Part shown: positions 37,620-47,900 of the stretch, piece after piece | Position numbering within the stretch: position 1 is the first letter of the stretch | Layout: each line of letters opens with the position of its first letter | DNA from: a virus | Lineage: Duplodnaviria > Caudoviricetes | Length of the DNA: 59,381 nucleotides | Reading direction: 5' to 3' (one strand) | IMG/VR virus record: IMGVR_UViG_3300042401_000753 | Coordinates: 1-59,381 of that record | Made by a program: the position numbers and the translations under genes | The notes under the pieces: generated by a model | The model's database searches: none | Told to the model about the DNA's origin: nothing | What the model saw: only the letters and a program-made list of their open reading frames with translations

Positions 37620-38991
37620 CGCGATAGAGTCTGGTGCAGCAATTCTTGTTGTTGATGCTAATTGCACTCAACGTCAATTGTCAGGCAATGGACTTGCATA
37701 CAGCGAAGATGGCTCTGCCGCTAATACTGATGGTTCATCCAGAAGTGGTCATATTAAGCTTAACCCAGAAAAATCTGGAGGAGCCAAAGGAGTTCTTTCC
37801 CGTTTAAGTGATGGGACAATGGTGACAATTGGAGAAGATGCTCCTGACGGAAGTGTATTCTATAAAGTATCTGGACAATGGAAAGCTGGAACTCAAACAG
37901 AAAGTAAGACAACCTTTCTTGATACTGAACTGCTTGAATATAGCAATGCCATTGCTACATTTGGATGCGGTCCTAATGGAACTGTCAAGCTTGGCAAGAT
38001 GGCTCCATGCCTAGACTCTTTGGTTTATTACAATGAGGCAGGAAGGGTTGTATGCCTTAACATGGATGATCTTGCTTTGCTTTTGTTTAAATCTCTATGC
38101 GCTAAAGCAATTCCATGGGATGGAGTATCTTGTATTAACGGATTGATGGCTTGCACCCCTGACGGGATGCGTCTCGTTAAACCAATTGGAGGAAAGACTT
38201 TGTATGGTGATCCAGAAAATGCATCATGCTGGGTTATGAACGATCTTAATGCCCCTAGTGGTAATCAACTCAAGCTTATCTTTAAATATACGGGAGGTAT
38301 TCAATACTTTACCGTTCCTGAGAAGATGGCTTACATGACTCTCAAGGTTTGGGGAGCGGGAGGTTCTTGGGATTATGCAGGTCCAGCCGCACGCGGTGGT
38401 CTTGGTGGATTTACTACCCTTAAATACCCAGTTGTTCCCGGCCAGATTTATGCTGTAGTTGTTGGCTATGGTGCTGATCTTCAGGTTGGTCAATTCTATG
38501 GATTTGGAGGTTCTCAATCTGCTGACGGACATAACCATGCTGGCGGCGGACTTGCTGGTGTATTTACTGGAAACACAAACGTCCTTGCAACTGATAGCGC
38601 AAGAGCGGTTGCTATTGCCGGTGGTGGTGGTGCTGGTTCAGGAACTGCCCCTAATACAAATATTGCATCTGGAGGAAGTGGTAACGCTTCTACCGCTGGC
38701 GGATTGACTACTATGCAAGGCAGTAATGGGACGAATGGCCAATTTACCGGAACTGGAGGTTGCGGTGGTGGTTACGCTGGCGGAACCAGTATTAACCGAT
38801 ATGGATTTGGTGGTTCTGGCTATGTGTCTCCGCTAGGAACACTTGGTTCTATTCAGTTTGCAGACGACACTTCTCCTAATAACATTACAGACCTTCCTCC
38901 TAATAGCACTGACCCTGATTGGGATGCTACCTATAAAGCTGGTATGTCAGGCAAATCCGGCCTTGTTGTTGTAGTGTTCTCAGTTAACTGA
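37552..38991 (+). CDS. virion protein with a Cys-rich N-terminus and glycine-rich C-terminal domain
   Basis: FKYTGGIQYFTVP...KVWGAGG...AGGGGAG glycine-rich domain. Confidence 0.75.
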   Translation: MNHCQCQTCLPTCGHPSPASCPDAIESGAAILVVDANCTQRQLSGNGLAYSEDGSAANTDGSSRSGHIKLNPEKSGGAKGVLSRLSDGTMVTIGEDAPDGSVFYKVSGQWKAGTQTESKTTFLDTELLEYSNAIATFGCGPNGTVKLGKMAPCLDSLVYYNEAGRVVCLNMDDLALLLFKSLCAKAIPWDGVSCINGLMACTPDGMRLVKPIGGKTLYGDPENASCWVMNDLNAPSGNQLKLIFKYTGGIQYFTVPEKMAYMTLKVWGAGGSWDYAGPAARGGLGGFTTLKYPVVPGQIYAVVVGYGADLQVGQFYGFGGSQSADGHNHAGGGLAGVFTGNTNVLATDSARAVAIAGGGGAGSGTAPNTNIASGGSGNASTAGGLTTMQGSNGTNGQFTGTGGCGGGYAGGTSINRYGFGGSGYVSPLGTLGSIQFADDTSPNNITDLPPNSTDPDWDATYKAGMSGKSGLVVVVFSVN

Positions 38992-39000
38992 TTTTCAGTA

Positions 39001-40806
39001 ATGGAAATATTTGAATCCTATTCAAGTTATTACGGGGTAGATACCTACCCAGTAATGCCTTCTCGTGGTAGCCGCTCTGTGTTCTCTCACAGGGCGGTTA
39101 ACCGTTCTTCATACAAGCTTATAAATGATACAAGGCCACCGTTTGTAGAGATTCAATTAAAGTTTCAGTCAACTGAGGAAGAGTATACATTCCGCAATGC
39201 AGCAATCAGCGGAGTTAAGTTCTACGAGGGAGAGGTTAGCTTGTTCTCTTCCTTCCTGATAGTCTCTGTAGGAGACAGGATATTTGCAGGATACATTAAA
39301 CCTGCTTTTATTGAATTCTTTACTATCTATCAAGGACTTGATCCTCAATGGATGCATCAATTCTTTTGTCAGGCACTTAACATTATTACATTCAACAACA
39401 GTAATGATCTACCTCTTTACTGGACGGGTGATGTTGTTAAGCCTGCCAAACTTGTATATGATTCAGCATATACACAAGGATCACCAATGCGCGTTAGCAA
39501 CGTAGCTACATATGCACACGGAAGGATATTCTCAGCAACAAAAGAAAACCTTTTGTATGCATCTAACTTTATCTTGTCACAAGGACTAGGTATTGATAAA
39601 CGCGAAGCTGTATTGTCATATACTGAATCAGAATATCCTTCTTCTGGTGATGGATTTGGAGCGCCGTCAGAGATGGGGCAGATTACAGGAGTTACATCAA
39701 TTCCTCAATCTAATACCCTGAATGGACATGGAGATGTTATTGTTACTTGTCGTAACGGAATGTTCTCTATTGCACCAAACAGGAAGCTTCGCAATCAATG
39801 GACTGAAGACCCTGAGATGCAGAAGTATGTGTTGATGGGCAAGGGTTGTGTATCTAATAACTCTATTGCTCAGTTTGCAAACCAGATCTTTTATCGTGAT
39901 TCTAATGGTGGTATATCTTCTTTAATGATGGATATTGCTAACTACCAGCAGCAGAGCGAGCTTCAATCTGTATCAACTCCAGTTGATTACTATACTGATT
40001 ACGATAAGAACTCTCCAGATATTCAGTTCTGTCATTCGCTAGTTACTGACAGGCGGATGCTAATGGGAGTTAATTATAATAGAGAGAAGTCCTCACATAT
40101 GGGGATTCACCGCTTTGCTTCAGGGATGGTTTCAGCTTGTTTGCAGGTTATTAACGGCAAGACAACAATGCAATGGGAGGGCTTGTGGACTGGTCCTCGT
40201 ATCACTGGCTCTGCAATAACAAACATTGGAAACAACAAACGCACTATTGTATCTTCGTTTGATTCTGATAAACAGAATAGGTTGTATTACATTAATGAGC
40301 TTGAAAGGACTGACGACTTTACCAAAGGTATTCATAGAAAGATTCGTAGCTCAGTTACATATTCTAGTGTATTCTTTGACGAAGCTCAAGACTCGCAGAT
40401 CGTCCCTAAGCGCATTGAGCAAGTCGAGGCTTTGCTTATTCAATCCAATGTAAATACATTCACAGGTTCTTATCAAACAGATGGGATGAGCGAAGAGTAT
40501 CCTATAGATTTTCAGTTAACTGAAATCAATGGATGCGGCAAAGGTATTGCAAGGGTTGTATCTGATGAGATTTGCGGAAGGAGTAAATCAGGATCAAAGC
40601 AAACAATTAACAAGTCAGGGTTCTTCTTTTCTGTTACATTGAGAATGGAAGGATCTGCTCGTATTGCAAAGATTGTTATTGCTGGATCAGCAGAAGATAC
40701 AGAAGGATTCTCTTCAACCAAATGCTCAGAAGTTCAATCACCGGGTATTACTAAACTATGCTTTACTGGATCATGTAACTCAGGAGACTTTAACTACATA
40801 TTCTAA
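39001..40806 (+). CDS. tail tubular/head stabilisation protein (putative, P22 gp10 / T7 gp12-like position)
   Basis: 601 aa beta-rich; YAHGRIF, KGCVSNNSI...IFYR motifs; gene position. Confidence 0.6.
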   Translation: MEIFESYSSYYGVDTYPVMPSRGSRSVFSHRAVNRSSYKLINDTRPPFVEIQLKFQSTEEEYTFRNAAISGVKFYEGEVSLFSSFLIVSVGDRIFAGYIKPAFIEFFTIYQGLDPQWMHQFFCQALNIITFNNSNDLPLYWTGDVVKPAKLVYDSAYTQGSPMRVSNVATYAHGRIFSATKENLLYASNFILSQGLGIDKREAVLSYTESEYPSSGDGFGAPSEMGQITGVTSIPQSNTLNGHGDVIVTCRNGMFSIAPNRKLRNQWTEDPEMQKYVLMGKGCVSNNSIAQFANQIFYRDSNGGISSLMMDIANYQQQSELQSVSTPVDYYTDYDKNSPDIQFCHSLVTDRRMLMGVNYNREKSSHMGIHRFASGMVSACLQVINGKTTMQWEGLWTGPRITGSAITNIGNNKRTIVSSFDSDKQNRLYYINELERTDDFTKGIHRKIRSSVTYSSVFFDEAQDSQIVPKRIEQVEALLIQSNVNTFTGSYQTDGMSEEYPIDFQLTEINGCGKGIARVVSDEICGRSKSGSKQTINKSGFFFSVTLRMEGSARIAKIVIAGSAEDTEGFSSTKCSEVQSPGITKLCFTGSCNSGDFNYIF

Positions 40807-41345
40807 TGGATAACGACAACACACAACCACTACTGGTAGCAGGAAAGCTTTCAAAAGAATGCTATGAATCTCTTCAAGACTTTGTTGATGAGCTTCCATC
40901 TGTTTTAAAGTTTCCAATTGATGCTGTATCAGTAATTCAAGGGGCGGCTGGAACAGATGGAGTCAAAGGAGCCAAGGGAGATAAAGGCGACAAAGGATCA
41001 AAGGGAGATACCGGAGAAGGAGTTACTCTCGACTTCAGGATGATTGATATAGCAAACAATGCAACATATGTTGATTTCCCTATTTTTAATGGATGGGAAA
41101 ATGCTGTTTATACAATTCGCCACAAAGGTCAAATCGGCTCAACTGATCCGCTTATTGTAAGTCATAATCCTAGCGTAGAAGGCGTTGTAGGCGTAGGAAC
41201 CGTGATAGCATTGTATCTTAGCCCCTTGCCAACTACCATCAGATGCTACTTCGTTTACTCCGGGGGGCCAGGAGGAGGTGGAACCGGCCATTTATCAGCA
41301 GTCCCTGACGCTTTCCACATCCTTCAAATCTCTTCTTACAAATGA
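40806..41345 (+). CDS. collagen-like repeat protein
   Basis: GAAGTDGVKGAKGDKGDKGSKGDTG Gly-X-Y run. Confidence 0.8.
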   Translation: MDNDNTQPLLVAGKLSKECYESLQDFVDELPSVLKFPIDAVSVIQGAAGTDGVKGAKGDKGDKGSKGDTGEGVTLDFRMIDIANNATYVDFPIFNGWENAVYTIRHKGQIGSTDPLIVSHNPSVEGVVGVGTVIALYLSPLPTTIRCYFVYSGGPGGGGTGHLSAVPDAFHILQISSYK

Positions 41346-42244
41346 GCCAAGTTAACATAACAGTTGCAGAGTTCATTGATATGTATTCCGATATTATCGG
41401 ATACAGTTCAGAAAGTCAATGTGCATACGACCTTATTAATAAGGCTCGTATTATTGCGTATGCTAGTGGAGACTGGGTAGGAACTATTTCTTATGAGCGT
41501 ATCGTTGTTAACGGATGTAACTTTATGTTGCCATCCAAGTTTGAAACAATCAAACGCGCAAAGAACGCTGATGGTATTGACATTAATGTAGATGGACTAC
41601 TTGATATTGGCGCATTCAATGAATGCTGTGAAGATGTAATTGTTCGTATCAGCAAAAGAACTTATCTTCCCTTTCAGTTAACTGAGAATATCCCACTTAC
41701 CTTCTGGGCAGTTAATAACAAAGACGTAGGCTCAGAGGTCCGCGTATCCTACATGGATATTGCAGGATCACTTAATGATGAAACCATTCTCTTGCTGCAT
41801 CAAAAGCCAACCCGTCTTATTAATATCCCAATTACAATTAACCGGATTAGTAAAAAGGTTACAATAGGAATGGTTGGAGTTGAGCAATGCGGAGCAAACA
41901 AGGATTACATTCCAGCAAACGAGAAAGCTCCTACTTATAACGTATACTCCTCAAACATTACTGACTGCACTATTGCAGCAGAGGTTAAGTATAAGTTTAT
42001 TCCTTACACAGTAAATGATGAGAATGCTGTATTGGATATTAATCCAGAAGCTCTTTCTTCCCTGATTGCTGCTGTGCAGGTAAAGGATAAAAAGAAAGAT
42101 AACTGGATTCCTCAATACGCAGCTTCCGTCAAGCTTGCTACTGACTTCCTTAAAGCAGAACTCAAGAACGAAACCTCAATAGCCTTTGGTTTCAAGTCAG
42201 TCAACACAGACGACAGATTTTTTAATTCACTCGAACAACCTTAA
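41342..42244 (+). CDS. tail/head-tail adaptor protein (putative)
   Basis: 300 aa in the tail module; coupled start. Confidence 0.55.
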   Translation: MSQVNITVAEFIDMYSDIIGYSSESQCAYDLINKARIIAYASGDWVGTISYERIVVNGCNFMLPSKFETIKRAKNADGIDINVDGLLDIGAFNECCEDVIVRISKRTYLPFQLTENIPLTFWAVNNKDVGSEVRVSYMDIAGSLNDETILLLHQKPTRLINIPITINRISKKVTIGMVGVEQCGANKDYIPANEKAPTYNVYSSNITDCTIAAEVKYKFIPYTVNDENAVLDINPEALSSLIAAVQVKDKKKDNWIPQYAASVKLATDFLKAELKNETSIAFGFKSVNTDDRFFNSLEQP

Positions 42245-42248
42245 TATT

Positions 42249-43244
42249 ATGGGAGCAGCAATCGCAGCATTTGCATCAATAGGGACAGCAGCATACGGAG
42301 CCTATCAAAATAAGAAAGCCGGGGATGCTAACGAAGAAGCTCAGGCACTAAGCCGTAAAGATTACGCGGAAAGACTTAGGGCTGCCGGTATTGCAGCTAA
42401 AGAGCTTAACGATCAATACAACGAGATTGTAAAGGACCGTCCTAATCTTAGCTGGGAATCTTTTGTTGGAGATAAGATCAAAGCAATCAATGATCCTTAC
42501 TTGCGTCAGTTTTATACTAACGCAAAGAAAGAGGACTTTGATCGTATGCGTGAGTTTGCTCAAACAGCAACTACTGATAATATTGAGAACCTCCAATCTG
42601 CTGCCGACAAACTATCAAACGGCAGATGGAAAGAAATCATTACTAAGCGTGACGATCTTGTATTAAACACAGACGCCGCCTCACGGATGGCGCGGACTTA
42701 TGAACTAGCCGCTCCAGTAAGGACCGGCGCATCTACAGTAAAATATGATAGCAAAGGTCAACTTGTTGAAGGGCAAAGAGCAGACAAGCAAGCTTTCTCC
42801 GTCGCGCAAGAAGTGCAGACGCAAATCGAACAGGAGCAAAAGCAAGACCTTCGGCAGCTTGAAAATGATCGACTTAACGCCGCAACCTCTCAGAGCGCAA
42901 AAGCATCCCAGTTCATGCAGTTCTTTGACGCTACAGGTTATGCAACTGCCGCTGAATCTGATAGATCAAATCTCGTTAATAGTTACCAAGCTATTGATGA
43001 GCAGCGAGCTTTTGATATTTACAAAATGTTTGCAGGTGCGTCTGCTGGTATCGCGCCAGTCCAACCAACTTATCAGAGCGAGGGAGCTGGTAATGAACTT
43101 ATTTCTGCTGGGGTCAAGCTCGGTTCTCAGTATCTTGGCAATAAGCTTAATACTAAAAACCCGCCAATGAACGGCAATGGTGGATACGGATCAGCGGGCG
43201 GGAACGCATACACCAACGAATACAAGAATCCATACACCTCCTAA
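42249..43244 (+). CDS. internal virion/ejection protein (putative)
   Basis: MGAAIAAFASIGTAAYGAYQ N-terminus typical of pilot/ejection proteins; Q/A-rich helices. Confidence 0.65.
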   Translation: MGAAIAAFASIGTAAYGAYQNKKAGDANEEAQALSRKDYAERLRAAGIAAKELNDQYNEIVKDRPNLSWESFVGDKIKAINDPYLRQFYTNAKKEDFDRMREFAQTATTDNIENLQSAADKLSNGRWKEIITKRDDLVLNTDAASRMARTYELAAPVRTGASTVKYDSKGQLVEGQRADKQAFSVAQEVQTQIEQEQKQDLRQLENDRLNAATSQSAKASQFMQFFDATGYATAAESDRSNLVNSYQAIDEQRAFDIYKMFAGASAGIAPVQPTYQSEGAGNELISAGVKLGSQYLGNKLNTKNPPMNGNGGYGSAGGNAYTNEYKNPYTS

Positions 43245-43260
43245 TCTCAGTTAACTGAAT

Positions 43261-44910
43261 ATGGCAACACTCAATTTCTTTAACCCAGCAACTCTTCTTC
43301 CAAGTCCTGAAGTTGCTGTCAAGCCACCGCCACAGAACACTGGCGGTTCTTTTCTGATTAGCGAAGCTCTCAAGGAAACAACTCAACTTGTCAAAGCCAA
43401 GAGGGATGTTGATAGCTTGAAAGCAGAAGCTAATGCTTATGCAGATTATGTTCAGGATCAAAGCCCTGAGCTTGCTAACCTGCTAAGGAATAAGTCCAGT
43501 CAGTATCGTATCGGAATGGATACTAACGAAGAACGCAGCGGCTTCCTTAAGGGAGTCATTGGTCTTTCTAGGCTTGAGCAACAAGATCGTAAACTTGAAT
43601 TGACTGCTCAGAAGAACGACAAGTTTAACAACACAGGAACAAAGCTTAACAATCTTCGCGGATTGCTTGAAATTCAAAGTCGAAGAGCACTTGAATGGGA
43701 TCAAGAAGAATCCAGATTAGAAAAAGAGCAAGATGCTAATATTCAAAGAATTGCAGGATTAGGTCTTAATTCACCACTTCCTCCTAAGTATGTAAAAAAA
43801 CCTAATCCTTATACAGCTAAAGTAGATTCGCTTTCTGCTGAGTTAGAAGCTACTATTTCTGATACTGATAGTTATCCAAGCAAGGGAGAACCAGCACTTC
43901 CGTCAGGATTTACTCCAGTCAAAGGAGTTGGAGGCGGATTATTTCCAGGAGACCCTGAAGCAGTTACTCCGGCGACTCCAGGAACTGACGTAGGTCAAGA
44001 TGCCGCAACAGTTAATAATCTTCCTGTAACAGAAGGACAGCCAATCAATCCACTTGTTGGTGGCCCTCCTCCACCACCTGAAGGAACTTATACATTACCA
44101 AATCCTTCTGCTGGTGCAGAACCACCTAGGGCTGAAATTGTTCCAGAGTCTAGCGCTCCTCAGTCAACTGAGAAACCAGCAACTAGCAGAGAGTTTAAGA
44201 TTGATCCTACAGGAGAAACACAACCAGTGGAAGTAACTCCCGGAGTAATTCCTCCATCAACAGCGACTCCTAATACCACTGTTCCTGCCGCCGTTTCTCC
44301 GGTAGATGTTAATGATAAGAATTATCTTATACAGCAACAAGCTATTGCAGCAAGGGAAGCAATTAAGCAAAGCGCAATTGAAGATGTTAAATCCGCATTT
44401 GATAATGTAGATTCCCAGAAAGAAGCTCTTAATGATAAGTCTCAACTTGATCGTTTAAGTAATCTAAGAGACCAAGCAGAAAAAGATATTGCAGCAGTTA
44501 GTCGCTCTAATCCTGATCTTAAGATTCTTGTTAAAGCAATTGCTCAACGATATAAAACTTCTGTTAATCAAGTAATGATGCTATCAGTTAATCAGCTTAA
44601 TGCAGAAAAACTAAAATTGGGAGATCAAGTAGTTACTTACGAGACAGCAGGAACAGCCGGAGGCGCTTCTGGACCAACGATTAATCTTATTGAGCGTCAA
44701 GTAGTTGACAATAAATCAAAGACATCTCAAATAAGAATTTATAAAGTTAATCCAGACCGAACTGAAATAGATGTAACTGATGAAGTTAATAAAAAAATGC
44801 TCAAGAGAATTGGTCCTGTAATAGATCAAGGCGTTACTCCGTCTGTAGCACCATCTAGTCCAACATCAGCAGTTCAACATCGCCCACTAAGCGATTTATT
44901 TAAACAGTAA
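43261..44910 (+). CDS. internal virion/ejection protein (putative) with a Pro-rich linker
   Basis: 549 aa, between the pilot-like gene and the giant gene. Confidence 0.6.
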   Translation: MATLNFFNPATLLPSPEVAVKPPPQNTGGSFLISEALKETTQLVKAKRDVDSLKAEANAYADYVQDQSPELANLLRNKSSQYRIGMDTNEERSGFLKGVIGLSRLEQQDRKLELTAQKNDKFNNTGTKLNNLRGLLEIQSRRALEWDQEESRLEKEQDANIQRIAGLGLNSPLPPKYVKKPNPYTAKVDSLSAELEATISDTDSYPSKGEPALPSGFTPVKGVGGGLFPGDPEAVTPATPGTDVGQDAATVNNLPVTEGQPINPLVGGPPPPPEGTYTLPNPSAGAEPPRAEIVPESSAPQSTEKPATSREFKIDPTGETQPVEVTPGVIPPSTATPNTTVPAAVSPVDVNDKNYLIQQQAIAAREAIKQSAIEDVKSAFDNVDSQKEALNDKSQLDRLSNLRDQAEKDIAAVSRSNPDLKILVKAIAQRYKTSVNQVMMLSVNQLNAEKLKLGDQVVTYETAGTAGGASGPTINLIERQVVDNKSKTSQIRIYKVNPDRTEIDVTDEVNKKMLKRIGPVIDQGVTPSVAPSSPTSAVQHRPLSDLFKQ

Positions 44911-44915
44911 TAATT

Positions 44916-47900
44916 ATGTCAGAAAATACTTTACCTCCGCTTCCTCAACTTTCTGAACTTGAGCAGTATCCAGAATTTATTGCATACTCTCCAGAAGACA
45001 AGGCTAAGTTTTACGACAACTATTTCAATCGTCGTAAAGAGGAAGCTGTTAACGAAGACGACTATAACTTGCTTTTAAAAGAACAAGCTGATCGTAATCG
45101 CAACTCTGTTAAGATTCAGGCTCAGGTTAATCATCCTTTTGTTACTGATCCGAAATATCTTCCTAAAGAACTTCAAGACCAAGCGGCAAAAGTTTATGAA
45201 ATGGATCAGGAGTATAAGTTTAATCAGCAAGAAGCGCAGGTAGAAAAGTTTAAAGCTCCTGACATGGAAGACCCTAATCGGTCTTTGCAGATTAAGCCAT
45301 ATAAGTATAATGGCCAGCGAGGGTATTCTATTAAATATCCTAATGGAGATATTGAGTCGGTTTCTGGCATGGATACCAAAGCTCAGTTAACTGAATACCT
45401 CAAGACCAAGAATGATAAATTTGATGGAAAAAGAGAAGGAGTATTTGATAAACTTAATCCTCTCGCTGAATCAGAACTGGAAGGAGTTATTGACGCTATC
45501 AATCAAGTATCCAGCGGCCTTGAAGGATCATTAAATCAAGGTCGTAAAACTTTTAAATCTATTGCTCAAGGATTTGATCTTGGCACTGTAGATGAAATTA
45601 ATCAACAGGTTTCAGATTACTTCAGGACCGGAGATATTGAAGGAGCGCAAAAGCAAAAGCTTGCAGAAGCTCAAAAGAATCTTCAAGAAGCAAACGCATC
45701 GGGAGACACTAAAAGGGCAGAGGATACTTCTGACTATATCAAAACACTGCAACGCAACCTTGCAAAGATTGATAGGTTTAAAACCTCAACAGGATTAGAG
45801 ACAGAGTTTGTCGATCCTCGCCTTGATGGAACAGAGCAAGTTACTTTTGATTCTCCGGGTTTCCTGCCATCTTTTAATTACACTAAGCCGGGTGAAGTTC
45901 TTAAGAAGGGAATGACTCCAGAGGAAGCTGCGCCATTACTCAAAGAGAAATACATAGAAATTTTTAACTCCATTGAGGAATCAAATAAGATTGGAGGATC
46001 AAGGGTATTGAATGATTACAATAAGTATCTTCAATCTCTTCCTGAAGCTAAACGCGGTGAAGCATCTGCACTTACAAACTACTTTAAAAATAATCTTTCT
46101 GAACTTATTCCTTACATTGCAACTACAGCAGTAGCTGCATTCCCTGACATTGCAATGGTTGTCGGATCGTCTGTTGCTGCTGGAGCAATAGGTGGACCGG
46201 GTGCTGCTACAGCAACTGGATTAAAGGTAGGATATGAAAGAGAGTATACAGCAACTCTCATGTCCGAGATGCAGTTGCGTGCTGCTAAAGAAAACGTAAA
46301 GTTTAATGCAGATGTTATGTCTGCCTACATGAATGATTCTGCATTCATGGAAAAGACAAGAGAGATAGCTAGAACTCGCGGTGCCGTCATTGGTGCTAGT
46401 GGAGCTATCCTTGGTGGAGCCACAAGCAAGATTGTTGAATCAGCAATTGAAGGAGCGGTTAAGAAAGCTTTCATTGCTGGAGGAATTGGTTCAGTAACAG
46501 AAGGCGTTGGAGAATTTGCTGCTAGGGGTGCCGCTGGACAAAAGAGAGACTTTACTGAAGTCTTTAATGAGGCGATTGGTGGATTAGGAGCAACTGCTGT
46601 TGCTATTCCTGCTGCAATGATTGATAACTCAATCAAAGCAAGGAAGGCCGCAAAGACTAAAGAGATTATTGATGAAGTAAATCAAAGAGTTGAAGCCGCT
46701 CAAGGTGACGGGACTCTTAAATCTACTAAGACGCCAGAACAACGTATTCAGGAAATGAAGGACAAGCTTGCGCCTGTTCCTCGCGTTCCTGATCCTACTG
46801 CGTTTGAGGGAGAAGTTGAAGCTCCTTTTGTTGGTGAGACTGCTACTGGTCTTGATGGCAAACAAGGTTTTCCTAAAGCTGCACAAAAGCCATTTGCTGC
46901 ACAAGAACAAAAGCCATTGGGTGGACAAGTTCAACGTCCTTTTGTTGGAGAAACGGAGCAAGCGTTTGGAGAAGAAGCTCCTTCTGTTGTAACGCCTTCT
47001 GTTCCTGTTGCTGCACCAGTTACTCCAACCGCTCCAACCGCACCAGTTACTCCTACAGTAACTCCAACCGCTCCGGTTACTCCTGCTGCCGCACCTGAGC
47101 AGACTGCTCCTATGGAAGCTCCTTCTGTTGGTCCAGCACCTGAACAGACCGCTCCTGCTGCTCCAATGGTTGAGACTGCTTCTGAACAAGCTGCTCCAGT
47201 TCAAGAAACTCAGTCAACTGAGAATACTCCAAAGCAACCAGATACAATTGAGGATTTAAAGGAGTTAACTTATCTTGTTTTAGGAGAAGTTTATAAGCCG
47301 GGTTCAGAAATGACAGAAGATCAAATGATTGCTCGTTTCGGAAGCAAGAATTTACTAACTACTTCAAAAGAAATTGGAATTCTTTCATTAATTGAAAAAA
47401 TGTTCAATGCTGGATGGGTCTGGGATTTTAATGAAAAGAAAATGGTTAACCCAGAAAATCAAAATGAAACACCTGCTGAGTTTGCTATTAAAGAGAATCA
47501 AAAAAATAATCCTCAGTCAACTGAGAATGCTCCAGTTGCAGAAACTCCTGTTGCGCCAGTAGTTGAGCCTGCTGCTACAACTCCATCAACTGAAACTGCT
47601 CCAGCACCACAGGTTGAAAGCACTGATCCAAATGCCGGTCGTCCTACTTTAATGTATTTTGGTAAGAAAGTGCCGTATTCGGTTTCAATAAAACAAGAAG
47701 GAGGAGGCTTTAAAGTTAAATCTGTTAAAATTTATCTTGAAAATGGAATGTATGATACTGTTCGCATTCCTCAAGAATTACAAGAAGGAGGATTTGCTAC
47801 CATTGAAGAAGCTGAAGCTGCTGGTCCAAAACTTCTTGCGGAGGCGCAAAAAAAGATGGATGCTGAGATTCAGGCAGATAAAACAAAGCCTGCAACAAAG

